A stretch of 62,035 nucleotides of DNA, filler included, from Rhabdomonas costata (taxonomy: Eukaryota), in the NCBI GenBank assembly GCA_019059605.1. It is 27 parts of 27 records of this genome, joined end to end, with 100 filler letters (N's around TTAATTAATTAA, not from the genome) between each part and the next. Parts side by side here need not be neighbours in the genome. Positions count along the whole stretch, not along the records: positions 36,828 to 39,027 come from JAHMHO010004886.1; positions 39,128 to 41,334 come from JAHMHO010004887.1; positions 41,435 to 43,634 come from JAHMHO010004888.1; positions 43,735 to 45,934 come from JAHMHO010004889.1; positions 46,035 to 48,234 come from JAHMHO010004890.1; positions 48,335 to 50,535 come from JAHMHO010004891.1; 21 more parts are not named here. One strand, 5' to 3'. Positions 38,916 through 50,415 of this stretch are shown in pieces. How positions within the stretch are numbered: the first letter of the stretch is position 1; each line of letters starts with the position of its first letter. The position numbers and the translations under genes are program-made. The notes under the pieces were generated by a model, which did not search any database, was not told the DNA's origin, and saw nothing but the letters and a program-made list of their open reading frames with translations.

Positions 38916-39018
38916 TGGCATACCTGCACTAGCCCGGCACACGGAATACAAAGGATCACGGTAGTCCACACTCCTTGATCCTTTGTATTCCGTGTGCCGG
39001 GCTAGTGCAGGTATGCCA
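38916..39018. repeat. Perfect 43-bp hairpin at contig end (probable fold-back artefact)
   Basis: 38916-38958 is the reverse complement of 38976-39018, with a 17-nt loop. Confidence 0.9.
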
Positions 39019-39128
39019 CACAAAACCNNNNNNNNNNNNNNNNNNNNNNNNNNNNNNNNNNNNNNNNNNNNTTAATTAATTAANNNNNNNNNNNNNNNNN
39101 NNNNNNNNNNNNNNNNNNNNNNNNNNNC

Positions 39129-40399
39129 GATCTGGATTGCTGGCGTACCCGATGGATGTGCTACTCCCTGGGCGGGGCCTGGTTCTGCTACCTTCTCGTC
39201 GGGTACCACAACTCACTCACTCACTCACTCACTCACTCACTCACTCACTCACTCACTCACTCACTCATTCGCGCTCTCTCGCTCAGAAACCCACGCACAA
39301 AGACTTGCACGTGTGCCAACTCTAGCAGCCCATAACTCTCTTCTTGTGCAAAAGGCTCACTTGCCCTGCTGTGCAGCAGAGCATGCTCGCGGTACCGTGC
39401 TCCGCGACCAGCTAGAAAAGGATATTGCCGAAGTGAAGAGAGAAAACTTCCGGCAAGAAGACAAGAAGGTGGACACGTCAAGGGCACTGTATCGAGCTCG
39501 GGGACGAGCACGATGTGCGAATCCCATCAGCTTGAGATCCGCTTCGTTAGTTCTGTGCACCCCAAGGGTGATGCATTTTCTTACGTGCGTTTTGCACCTG
39601 CACTTACCCCGCATTCACACTCGCTCACGCACATTCAGTGCATACACATGGATTGAAATGCACCACCCTGCCTTCCCTCTCCTCCGATTTACCATTCACC
39701 TCAGGCTCCATAGCCTTCTGTGTGTGCGCGGCAGGTTTCCTCCGCGGCAGGTCAGCCACGTCCGCCTGGACGAGCCCATGTGGGGCAAGGAGCGGTACAC
39801 CGTAGCGGTGTCGCTCGCCATGCTGTGGGTGTTCTACCTCGGAATGCTCGGGCTGGTCGTCATGGTGTGTGTGTGGACTGTATGTATGTGTGTGGTAAGT
39901 GAGAGAGAGAGAGAGATCTTTCTCTGGCATCTTCTCAGCTTTTACGACTGCTTGAGACTTTAGCAACTTATGTCCCCAACCCGAGGCACCTGCTGGCCCC
40001 CATGTTTCACAGCGGAACCCGTATGCCAAAGTGAGACCAGCGTGTGGTAGACCGTGAGTGTACGTAGTAGATTCGATCCGATTTCCGTGTGTGACAATAT
40101 CCGTACCAGTGTTTACCCTTCACACCCAGCTCAGCGTGCGGCAAGTATGTGTATTTGGTGGTTTGACTGCAGTCGATTGGAGTCTGTGGAATATGCGTGG
40201 ATGTATGTGTAATGCTGAGTGCATATGTATGGGGCAAGGTGCGTTGGCCAGTTTCAGGTTTGAGTTCTGGCTTGTTCCGTTGTGTGCAGTGGTGCGGGGT
40301 GGCCGCGTGGCTGCTGTACTACTTCGCCCCCTTGTACGTGTTTGGCTCGATGCTGGTCATCACGACCTTCCTGCACCACAACGCGGATGACACCGTGTG
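39129..40399 (+). CDS. Methyl-end (delta12/omega-3) fatty acid desaturase, internal exons 39129-39202, 39735-39864, 40290-40399
   Basis: Spliced product: GGAWFCYLLVG|FPPRQVSHV...|WCGVAAWLLYYFAPLYVFGSMLVITTFLHHNADDTVW. YY..P..VF...LVI.TFLHH is characteristic of the family. Confidence 0.9.
39211..39267 (+). repeat. (ACTC)n microsatellite, about 14 units, at the start of an intron
   Basis: Directly visible. Confidence 0.95.
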
Positions 40400-41657
40400 G
40401 TGAGCGTGCCTTGCCCCCCATCCTTGGACACAGTCACGCAATGGCACTGCAAGGGTAGACGTTGGGTGGAAGCCTACTGAAGCTGAAAAGTGCTAATTGC
40501 CAGCCCCGCAGGAAAGCAAGCAATCCATTAGATGTAAGGATGAACCACCACCGTAAGTGGTCATAGTGCTCATACATGTATTTGATTGTGATGTGCAGAA
40601 TGGTTCAAAATAAATAAAAGGCGCGACGATTTCAGCATCACCGACGCACAGAAACGTTACTGTTGCCAATTCGGTTTGCCACACTTACGGCGTGGGAAAA
40701 TATTTTTGGGTGAAGCGATCAAAAAGTGATCAACATGATCGATTACGATTTGCTTGCTCAGGCCGCTTGTCATCACGACGAGGGAGACCTCTTGCCCCTC
40801 ATCCAGTCAACTTTCAAAGAGCAGTTAAGCAGTGGGCGGAACACCACATCACACTCACCGCAACCGCAACTGAAATGTGCACTGAGAGGTGCTCGTGCAA
40901 TGATTGAAAAATGTCCAAACGCATTCAACCCGATCAGCGAGTTATTAGAGATAAAACGGGATCATTTTGCACCACTCAGAAACTTGCCACGTACCCCCTT
41001 CCCCAAAACCTATTAAGTGAGGTTTGGAGGTTTGGCACACTGCTCAGTTATCCCAAAGGACGTGGGGTGCCATGTCCGCCTTCGCTTTTTTATCACTAGA
41101 TCCCCCCTGCCCTCTCTGCGTGTGGTGCGGTTGAGTGGTGCGCCACACTGCTCAGGTATGCGGGCAACAATTGGAACTATGTCCGGGGCAACCTGAACTC
41201 TGTCGACCGTGACTACGGTGCTTCCTCCAACACTCCTCTTGTTCCCCTTGCTTTTCTTCCTCGCCGTAATACCGCCGAGTGACCCCCATTCCTCCGGCAA
41301 AAAGGATGGGAATAAAGAAAAATGCGGTTTTTGGNNNNNNNNNNNNNNNNNNNNNNNNNNNNNNNNNNNNNNNNNNNNTTAATTAATTAANNNNNNNNNN
41401 NNNNNNNNNNNNNNNNNNNNNNNNNNNNNNNNNNGGGTGGGTGTGGTCGTTGATATCGCATGAAGTGGTCGCTAACTTCTGCCTTCTGCTAACTGTTTGC
41501 ATTCTCTTTGCAATACCGGAATCTTGGTTCAGGTTTCTTTTTTTTGTTTTCATCAACTTTTTGACCTCATTTCCGTTTTGTTTCCATTTCCGTTTTGCTT
41601 CTTGTATACCGATCGGACTTTCCGTTACGCGCGTCCGTGCGCGTGGTATCTTTTCCC

Positions 41658-43460
41658 ATGGAAGTCTCCGAGCTCCTCTCGATGGCCTTCAGCTTTTTTC
41701 CCGCGGCGTTTCTGGTGCAATCGCTGCTGAAGCGAAGCCAAGCTTTTGGGACCAGCAGTGGTAGCGGGAGTGGCAGTGAAGGGAGGTCTGAGTTTAGCGC
41801 CACGGAAGGGGGCTCGGAGAGGGACTTTGGGGAGCAAACCCGAGTTCTGGACAAGCTTTGCTACATGCTGGGTGTGCTGGATGTAGCGCTGACGGCTTTT
41901 TTAGCTGGAAGCTTGCCCACCCGGTTCTATCTGTGGCACACCCCCAAGGCAGTGGTGCTGACTGCGTTGCGGTGGTACTCCTTCCGGAAGCAGCGGCAGC
42001 ACTACCTGCTATACGATTTCTGCTACTTCGCCAATGCATTGACGCTGTGGTACATCTGGATGCGGCCGCATGATGCGGTGTTATTTCAGGTTTGCGCCAC
42101 CCAAAACTCTCCTTTCTTGACTTCGTGTGCAGGCCTCTTGCGCTCGCATATCGTGATTTCTGGTGTGGGGTGAGGCCGCTTTGCAAATCTGACCATTCCG
42201 TCTTCAACTTTGATGTTTCTGTAAACGTGAATGAAGAATCGGTTGGTCGACACAATGGGGATGTTTAGGCCAGAAAAAGGTCGGTGTGTTTTTGGCTGGC
42301 TTATGTTAGTGAAGGCACTCCTGCTGCCCTACTATTGCACTTCGGCGATATAACAATTTGAGACCAACGCTGCATTCACTTTATTGATTTTTTGGACAAG
42401 GAATCTGTTGAGATCTCGAAGGAATTTTGGGAAGCCCCACGTCCGTTTCTGGAATTTTGGGGAACGGGAACTCCCCGAAGCCTTTTCCCGGAACTCCCCC
42501 TTCGCTCTTCCCCCCACGCAGGTGATGTTTGTCGCTGCCTTTGGGCCGCTGGCGTGGGCCTCGTTTGTGTTTGGGCACTCCGTGATCTTCCACTCGTACT
42601 CCCACATGACCTCGGTGTTCATCCACGTCAGCCCGATGCTGCTTGTGTTTGGGCTGCGATGGCATCCCACTCCGGATTTCACCGTCTGCGACGACTACCC
42701 CGCCTGCAAAGTCTCTATGTCGTCACTGGTGTGGAAAGGGCTGTCCCGGTTCTACATCTGGTGGATCGCGCTGTACTACATCTGGTACATCACTGTGTGC
42801 ACATTTTATTTCATGTGTTCGTTTTGTAATTCTTGGGTGGCTTTTTTGCGTGCATGTTTTCTCTAAGATCGCGTTTCGCAATAGCTTGGGCAGTGAACAT
42901 ATCGGCTGCGCTCTTCCACTGCTTGCCTGCCATGCGGTGGAAGAGAATTTCTGTCCTTTGAATGCGGCTAGGAAATCGTTCGTTGTACTTATCTTACTTG
43001 ATTTATGTGCATTGCTGTCCTTTAAGCCATTGCCTTCCCGGGGTGCGTTCTGCAATGATTGACCATTCCAAGAGCATTGGCCGTTTCTTCCGGTTTTTAG
43101 CATTCGTAGCGGGCGAAAAAATACCTACCCATAAATATCTCAATGGCAAATTGGTCACAAAGTGTCCGCGCCTCCCGCCCGCAGATGCTCATTCCAGAGG
43201 CCTTTATTGTTCCCAAAATTCTCGATAACGCTCAAGGAAATACAAGCATGCGGGATGATTCTTTCATGATTTTCATAATTTGGTTCGTGTGCAATGCTGA
43301 TCTTTGACCACTGCCATTCCGGTCGTTTTTTCTTCGCAGGGTGTTTGTGGTGCTGCACCACCGAGTTCAGTCCCGGGGCTACCAGACTCTGTTTGACCGC
43401 GTCGTGGCCAAGCAGATCAAGTGGCTTGCCACGATTCACCCCAACCTCTTCGTGCAGAAG
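41658..43460 (+). CDS. GPC1: Glycerophosphocholine acyltransferase (GPC1/DUF2838), partial; exons 41658-42089, 42522-42784, 43340-43460
   Basis: Motifs DKLCYMLGV, HYLLYDFCYFAN, GPLAWA...SVIFHSYSHMTSVFIHVSP and RGYQTLFD. Confidence 0.92.
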
Positions 43461-44102
43461 GCATCGTGCACCCTCCGTTCTGCACTTCATTGTTTTCTCT
43501 GTTTGGCTTTGTTTTCTGCATGTTTTCTGTTGTTACTGTCGTAATCAATATCGATTTCGATAGGTATGTCTCTTTTCTCGTTCTGCTCTCGTGCTTTCGG
43601 TCGTTTCCCCAATGCACCTTTTCACACACCCAACNNNNNNNNNNNNNNNNNNNNNNNNNNNNNNNNNNNNNNNNNNNNTTAATTAATTAANNNNNNNNNN
43701 NNNNNNNNNNNNNNNNNNNNNNNNNNNNNNNNNNGTTTTGAGTAACACCCCTGATGTGCGATGCAATTTGGCTGTGAGTTGGTGACTCATCTTCTGGCGG
43801 TGAGGACTTTTGCAAGCTATGGAGGGTTTTTTTTTGGGGGGGGGGTAACGGTTTCCACTAGAAACCGTCACCAATCACTGGTCAAGGCTGCCATTCGCTA
43901 AGCTGCTTCGGATTCAGTTCACTTGGAATGAAAACTAGGTCGCCATGTCACCACTACTTCCACCACCGAAAGCTACCTCGTCAAGACCGTGTGGGGTGTT
44001 GAAATCACAGTCGGTTAGAATCGGGTTGTGGTTGTGGTGGTTGTCGCAGACAAAATATGGGAAAGCGAAAGCGGCCGAGAGCACAGTTTTGTATGCTTCC
44101 AG

Positions 44103-45531
44103 ATGAGCTCGCTGTTCAGCGCGCAGCCCGAGAATGTGTTGAAGACCGAGCGCGTGGACAAGCTCATGGCACACATCCACCAGTCCAACCTCTGGCCGAT
44201 CCAAAGCCGGTGTGAAAGCCTAAACACACCCACGCCAGAGCCCCTGCATTTGATCATTTAAAGAATTCCCATGTAGCAAAAGATATGTCTGCCCATAATC
44301 AAGCTGACACAAACTTTTCAGGAGGAGCTTTTTGTGTGTGTGGCGGTGGACTGTCATTAGAGGTCAGTTAAACACCCAGAAACATAAGGAGCCTTCTCAT
44401 TTTATGGCCGTCTTTATTTTTGCATCCCAGTGAGGCCCTGGCGCGCAAGCTGATCCGACAGCTGGACAGCAGGACCCACCTGGAGTACTGCGGCAAGGTG
44501 TGCGGCAGCCCAGAGGAGCTGGCCGAGCACAAGGAGTCCTGCCACATCCGCCCCATCCCCTGCCCAAACACGGGCTGCAAAGAGGTGCGCGAGAGCCTCT
44601 CTTTTCGCCTCTCGCTGGCCCTCTCGTTCGGGATGGCTTTTCACCTTTGCATTGGATAGCAAAACTGACCTTCTGCTCTGACCACCTTGTGCAGTGTAAA
44701 AAAGCTGTTGAAAACGAAGAGCAGCGTGAAAACTTCTCACGAGAGGAGTAGAGGCTATGGCAACGAACTGCAACCAAAACGAAGGGTCACGTTCCTGTGA
44801 GAGGAGATTCTGCAATAAAAAGCGTCGATATGGTTCCCTGCATTCAGTGGTGTGTGGTTTTGCTTGCTTTTTCGAGTTTGCTCACGATTTCGTCGTCCCA
44901 CGAGGCCCGTGATGAGATGTGGTTTGACTTGTTAACGATTGCTAACAACGCTTGACAGTCGATAACACAGCTCTTGATTGGAACCGCGCGATTCCTGGTG
45001 TCCCCGTGGACTTTCTGGTTTATCACCCTGTCCCGAAAGGCTCTATGGTTTTCAAATCTTTCAAGACTTCACCTTACCAGAACACTACTTCGTGAGATCC
45101 ATTGTGCGCTTATCGCATTTAGTTGGTGTATGTTTACGGTGTATGTGTGGGTAGGTGTGTGTGTGGGTTGTTGGACGGACAGAAACCGCACCTGCATTCC
45201 TTACAGGTTTGCACCTGAAGAAGTTTGTCCTTTTTTGTTGTGGTTTTCCGTGGTCTTTTCCCCGCGGAAAGGACTAGAACAAATTGTGTGGGTGGTGTCT
45301 CTGTTGTTTCTGTTGTTCAGCGAGCTTCTCTCTTCTGCTGTGTAGATCTTCAGCGCGCTGTGCCTGGACGCGCACAACTCCGTGTGTGAGCACCTCCTAC
45401 TGCCGTGCACCCAGGGCTGCCCCGAGCCCGTGCCCCGCGGGCAGATGGCCGCGCACTGCGCCACCAGCTGCGCCCGCAAGATCGTCGGGTGCCCATTCTC
45501 CCTCTCCGGCTGCACCGCAGTGGTCTACCAG
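44103..45531 (+). CDS. TRAF-type zinc-finger protein, partial; exons 44103-44209, 44431-44584, 45346-45531
   Basis: Tandem TRAF fingers H...C..RPIPCPN.GC, H.SVC....PC.QGC...V.R..M..HC...C..KIV.CPF...GC, preceded by W....REALA..L...D. Confidence 0.88.
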
Positions 45532-45773
45532 GTCTGCGTCAAGCTTTACTCAGCCCTACCATGGCCATTTGTGATCCATTTACGGCTTTCGTGAACATGG
45601 AAACACTGGCAGTTGGACAGCCACAACTAATGCAGAATTCGCTCGGTCGAAACCCGTCCTGCTTTGGATGTGAAATATTTTTACCTCTGTGCTCTGTGGA
45701 AGGTGAAAAACTTTTGCCTTCGTTTGTCTCTTACGAGCCGCACATCGAACCACAGGTGTGCCGGGCAGCGGAA

Positions 45774-45924
45774 TGTTTACGACAGCACCCATAACATATT
45801 TTACAAAGAAACCACCCCACCCACGCCGAAAGGGGCAACTGAGTCTTGGCCACCTGCAGTCCCCCCTTTCGGCGTGGGTGGGGTGGTTTCTTTGTAAAAT
45901 ATGTTATGGGTGCTGTCGTAAACA
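45774..45924. repeat. Perfect 62-bp hairpin at contig end (probable fold-back artefact)
   Basis: 45774-45835 is the reverse complement of 45863-45924, with a 27-nt loop. Confidence 0.9.
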
Positions 45925-46590
45925 CCCCCAACACNNNNNNNNNNNNNNNNNNNNNNNNNNNNNNNNNNNNNNNNNNNNTTAATTAATTAANNNNNNNNNN
46001 NNNNNNNNNNNNNNNNNNNNNNNNNNNNNNNNNNGCCTTCCCTCCTGCGAGCCCAAAAAAAGAATGGAGGGAAAAAGGGGGTGCTCGCATCCTGTTTCCT
46101 ATACTTAGGGCTGAGGTCGTGATGGAGGGGTACTTTGGTTAGGCGGGGGGGGGGTTCTCGCTCCGTAACCCACAGCTTTGCAACCTTTTCTACGAGGCTA
46201 GCTGCAAATCCATTTATTGATTCGCCTCCTTTACACTGCACTGCTCAAACCCATGCGTGTACTCGTGTTTTCGCCGATGCCACAGGCCTGAATCCAAATT
46301 AGAGTAATGATACAAAATGAAACCGAGGAACATATGGTGTAGAGTTTGGGGGTTCTGAGTTCTTCACGAAATCAGGGGTCAATGGGGTCAGTAGCCAGCG
46401 TTGAATATCCACCACGTAGAACCGAGGCACAAAGACAAAGAGGAGGAGGCGGACGGAATTGGAAAATTCGGCTAGCTCGGCGATGCGCACGTGCGGGCAT
46501 AACATAGGCAAAAAAGAGATCAGGGGCGTGTGCGTGAGAGAGAGAGAGTAGATAGTTGTGGAACTGAATGAAACCCACAGAGAAGCAGAC

Positions 46591-48234
46591 CACATCTCCG
46601 ATTCTTCGCAAAGAAGAAAAAAATGCGCTTCATTCTCGGCCAAGACCAGGCTCGAAACTCTGGAAAGCAGCGCGCGAAAATCAAAACAACAGCACATAAA
46701 GCGAAAAACAAAAAGGCAAAACGTTGCAATGGCATACCGCATTTCCCAATCCTCTTGCACCAGCAGGCCTCGAATTGCGTCCTCTTGCCAAAAAAGCTCC
46801 GGCATGCACATGAAGACCCTGGAACGCATGCGTGATCGGAGGGAAGAAGACCTTCTTTCACTTCCCATCTGCCACAGTTGACACAACGGCAACGCAAACC
46901 GAATTTCAGCCTCGTGCCATCCCGCAGTACGTCGTACTGAATCCTCATGGCTCACAGCAATGCCAATCCTGAACGACACAAAGAAGACGAAGCAAGGCTC
47001 GATAACCCGCTCCGAAGCAGTAGCAAGAGGGACATATCACAAATCACAAATCCCCCCAAGCACTGACTAGGGAAAAGCAGACCGCATTGATTCTTCGACT
47101 GACAAGATGGAAGTCAGTGCTTGTGCAAGAATTGCAGCCCTGAAAAGCAGCACCCAAGAACACGCCAAAGGAGAGGTAGGTGGTGCGCAAACCAAAAAGG
47201 ATAGGGCCCCTTTCCACATAAAATGACAAAAAGGGTATGAGTTGGGGTCTTGACAAAATACAAACCACTTTCTGCGCTCTCTTTCCACCAGGAAAGGTCG
47301 GATTGCATTCTCTTCCCACACAAGTGCTGGGACGAGGATTTCCATCCTGAAAGGAAAGTTTCAGGCTGAAACATCGCAAGCTCCAACTTGACCCCGTAAG
47401 CTAAACAGAAAACCTTTCAAAAAAAGCTATCTAATCGCAATGAAAATTCGCGGACAAGGAGTTATTTTGGAGACTAATTCAAAGGCCCGCCGTTTGCGCT
47501 TCGGTGCTGCGCTTGCGGCTGATTCGCAAACAGATAAAGCAGACCGAGGTTGCGACTCATCTCGGACAAGATAACGTCGACGTGTTCTCTCGGCAGAGGC
47601 AAAGATTTTAATCCTGTTGGAAAAAGAAGAAAAAGTGAGGGTACGAGAATCCAGAGATATACAGCAAGCTGCGGTGCAAGCGTACGCCAAATGACACACC
47701 GCCTTCTCCACTCGTCTTCCACAAGCAGGCCTTGAATGGCGTCCTCCTCCCACAAAACCTCTCGCATAAACAAGGTGTAACTGCAAAAAAAAATTGCGCC
47801 ACCACACAAAATGAATGCAATGTCAATCAGAAGCGAACGCAGCCGTTCACCAGCGAAGTTACCCATCCACCAGAAAGAAGCAAACCGAATGTTCGATTCC
47901 TCTTGGAGAAGAAAACGTCGCAGTGATTTCTCCTCGAACAGCAGTATTGGGGTCCTACGGCAGACAATAACGGTGAAACCCCCAGCAAACCCGACTCCAG
48001 CGACATGAAAATGAAGGATCGACGCAGACCGCGAGTCGAAGCTTTCCCCAACTAAAAGCAGTCGCATTGCGCTCTCTTCCGACAATTGGATCGAAACCCT
48101 GAAAACATCACGTATGAGAAAAAAAGACTCGACGGAAAACGAAGTCATACGAATGAATAGCTCGGATACCACGTCTGGAATTCCTCCACGGCGAAACGTC
48201 GACGGATCGTTTCTTCGGTGGACCAAAACAAACC
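46591..48234 (-). CDS. Repeat protein built from homologous phase-2 microexons: (48234)-48170, 48098-48030, 47954-47886, 47780-47700, 47613-47545, 47346-47266, 47139-47083, 46968-46900, 46818-46738, 46659-46591
   Basis: Each complete exon has a pyrimidine tract with a YAG acceptor, ends CG|GT or TG|GT, is 57, 69 or 81 nt long and encodes a hydrophobic-EE...R...L..EE...R unit. Confidence 0.82.
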
Positions 48235-48347
48235 NNNNNNNNNNNNNNNNNNNNNNNNNNNNNNNNNNNNNNNNNNNNTTAATTAATTAANNNNNNNNNN
48301 NNNNNNNNNNNNNNNNNNNNNNNNNNNNNNNNNNTGTGGGTGTGCAG

Positions 48348-48973
48348 ACTGGAGCCGTATCCTGAAGCTCTTCCCCCGCCTGACGGTGGAGCCCTTGGCC
48401 ACGTACTATGGGCGCCGCGGTGATGCTTATGAATTTGTACGCGAGGTTCTGCTGGCGCATTTCAGCGCTGCGGAGCTGGCCTCAGCCCAGAGGCTGGTCA
48501 GCGGAAGACCTATTGGGAAACCCTTGCTGGCGGAGCTCGAGGAGATGATAAAGCTGTTCCGAGGTTTGCGGCAGATCGTGTTGCACGAGGTTGGGCTGCC
48601 TCGATCCTGGGAGCCCTCGCAAGACCTCGAGGAGTTTGCGCGGCAGTGGGTGGCGTCAGCCTCGGAAGACCCCGATGTGTGCACAGATGTCCGGGCCATG
48701 GTGCCTGTCCTGTACAACGCACAGACCGGCAAGCACAAGGTATGGTGCATGCTCGGGTATGTATGCAAGTTGGCGAGTGTGTCCTTCGAGGCAGCCCCAA
48801 AGAAGCAGGCCTGGTTTTGCAGGGTTCGCCCAAAGTGTTGGTTCCCGGGGTACCTGAGTCCCGTGGTTGCGGAGCTGTGGACCCGCCGGCTGCTCTCAAG
48901 AGAGGAGTTCCGGGCACTGTGCGATGAGCACAAGACCTTGCCAGCAATAAAGGAGGCGGTAGAGAGCCTCTGA
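48348..48973 (+). CDS. C-terminal part of an uncharacterised protein resembling a bacterial hypothetical family (possibly DUF3160-related)
   Basis: Uninterrupted GC3-rich ORF with motifs P.LTVEPLATYY.RR...Y.FVR.VL, DPDV..DVR.MVPV.Y...K.KVW..LG and LL.REEFR..CD..KT, recalled from bacterial proteins. Confidence 0.7.
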
Positions 48974-48987
48974 GCGCCCTCTGGGTG

Positions 48988-50415
48988 TCAGGACCTCGAC
49001 GCTGGGCACCGTGCCTGAGGGTTTGCGGGTTTCCAGAGGCCGGTTTCTTTCCTTGAGAGCCGGGGCTCTATTTTTTGTTGGCAAAGAGATGGGTCGGTGT
49101 GGTTTCTGCGTTGTGCCCACGGGCTTGTCATGATGTCTGCGCCCATTCGCTTTGTGACCCTGGACGGCGCGACGATCTGCGAGGGAGGGATGTATGTTTG
49201 GTGCCACTGGGGGGGTGAGCCGGCTTGAGCGATGCGGACGCGCTCTGGACTTCTGAGAGTAGTGCTGATTGGCCCCTGAGAAAAGCCGTTGCTGGGGATC
49301 ACAATGTTCAATGCAAATGAGAATGTTGCCACGTCCGCATCTTTGGCCGAGGCAGAGGATGCTGGAAGTCCAGGTGATGTTGAGTTATACTGATGTTTAA
49401 AAGTAACGGAATTGGAAGGGTTAGATGGCGGAGGACTGGAGAAGATGCACTTCACCCCGGGATCGCCGGATGCGTAAACTCCCGTTGAAGGGCGGTGGGG
49501 GGGGACAGCTCCTGGGAGATTCGACGGCGGCACCACTGGGTCACCTTGACCTTCAACAGAATGAGGCCGTGAGTCGGAGAATCCCAACAGACCTTGTGAT
49601 GTGGGGAGTTCGGAGAAAACCACTGCAGAGGAGGCCAATCCAGGGGGATCCAGGTCAACTCCCTGCAGAATTGCGCGATCATCCGCTTCAGCGGGTTTAG
49701 ATTGGAAACCTGCGGAGCCACCCATGGGACTTAGGGCCAAGGAAAGGTGCCCAGATCTCAGCCCGTAGCTCAGCCCATCTGGAAGCGGACTAACCGAAGC
49801 AAACCCTAAGCACAACCTCTCGGAAGGGAATCTCCGAAAAACTCCAATGACCACCGAAAGCACTGCTATTAACGTGGCGGTGAGTGGGAGTGAGAGGGCA
49901 ATATCATTGGGCAGACACGCCACGGAAACTACAAGAGCAGTAACCGAAGGAAGAATGCAAGCAAGCGAGGGCATCTCCAGGACCTGACACCACAAAAGCA
50001 TCGCGGCGGGCAAGCAAGGGCAGACCACTACAAGGGCCAAGCGCAGTGCAACTCCGTATACCGCTATGGCAAGGCAAACACACACGGACAGCAGCCAATC
50101 GGAGGCGGCGTATGCCCCCGCACGGCGGCTGCACACCGCACCCAACCCAACGGTACCCAGAAGGCAACTTAGAGGAAAAAAAACGGGGAGGAACAGCCAG
50201 GTTTTCGCTGAGGATGCTGCCACGCAGAACTGCAACGATAGTGCCATGCAGCAGCAGCCACAGAGAACGTGCTGCAGGCTTGGGTGCGACACGGCTAACT
50301 TTGCCACCCAATTCTTCAGAAAAGGCGTCAAAACGCACATTCTTCGGCAACGTAAAAGGAAAAAATGGAGCTTGCTGAACCCGTACAAGTGGTATCTATT
50401 TCGGCTCCAACACAA
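48988..50415 (-). CDS. Hypothetical multi-pass membrane protein with S/P-rich tail (long ORF)
   Basis: 475-codon ORF with several hydrophobic segments followed by a low-complexity region. The start is uncertain. Confidence 0.55.
   Translation of the reverse strand: MCWSRNRYHLYGFSKLHFFLLRCRRMCVLTPFLKNWVAKLAVSHPSLQHVLCGCCCMALSLQFCVAASSAKTWLFLPVFFPLSCLLGTVGLGAVCSRRAGAYAASDWLLSVCVCLAIAVYGVALRLALVVVCPCLPAAMLLWCQVLEMPSLACILPSVTALVVSVACLPNDIALSLPLTATLIAVLSVVIGVFRRFPSERLCLGFASVSPLPDGLSYGLRSGHLSLALSPMGGSAGFQSKPAEADDRAILQGVDLDPPGLASSAVVFSELPTSQGLLGFSDSRPHSVEGQGDPVVPPSNLPGAVPPHRPSTGVYASGDPGVKCIFSSPPPSNPSNSVTFKHQYNSTSPGLPASSASAKDADVATFSFALNIVIPSNGFSQGPISTTLRSPERVRIAQAGSPPQWHQTYIPPSQIVAPSRVTKRMGADIMTSPWAQRRNHTDPSLCQQKIEPRLSRKETGLWKPANPQARCPASRS

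Noticed and set aside
46423-46491. Possible eleventh 69-nt microexon (VRIAELAEFSNSVRLLLFVFVPR, ending CG|GT)
   Set aside because: Length and donor fit, but the acceptor position reads CA rather than AG and the acidic motif is weak. At best a decayed copy.
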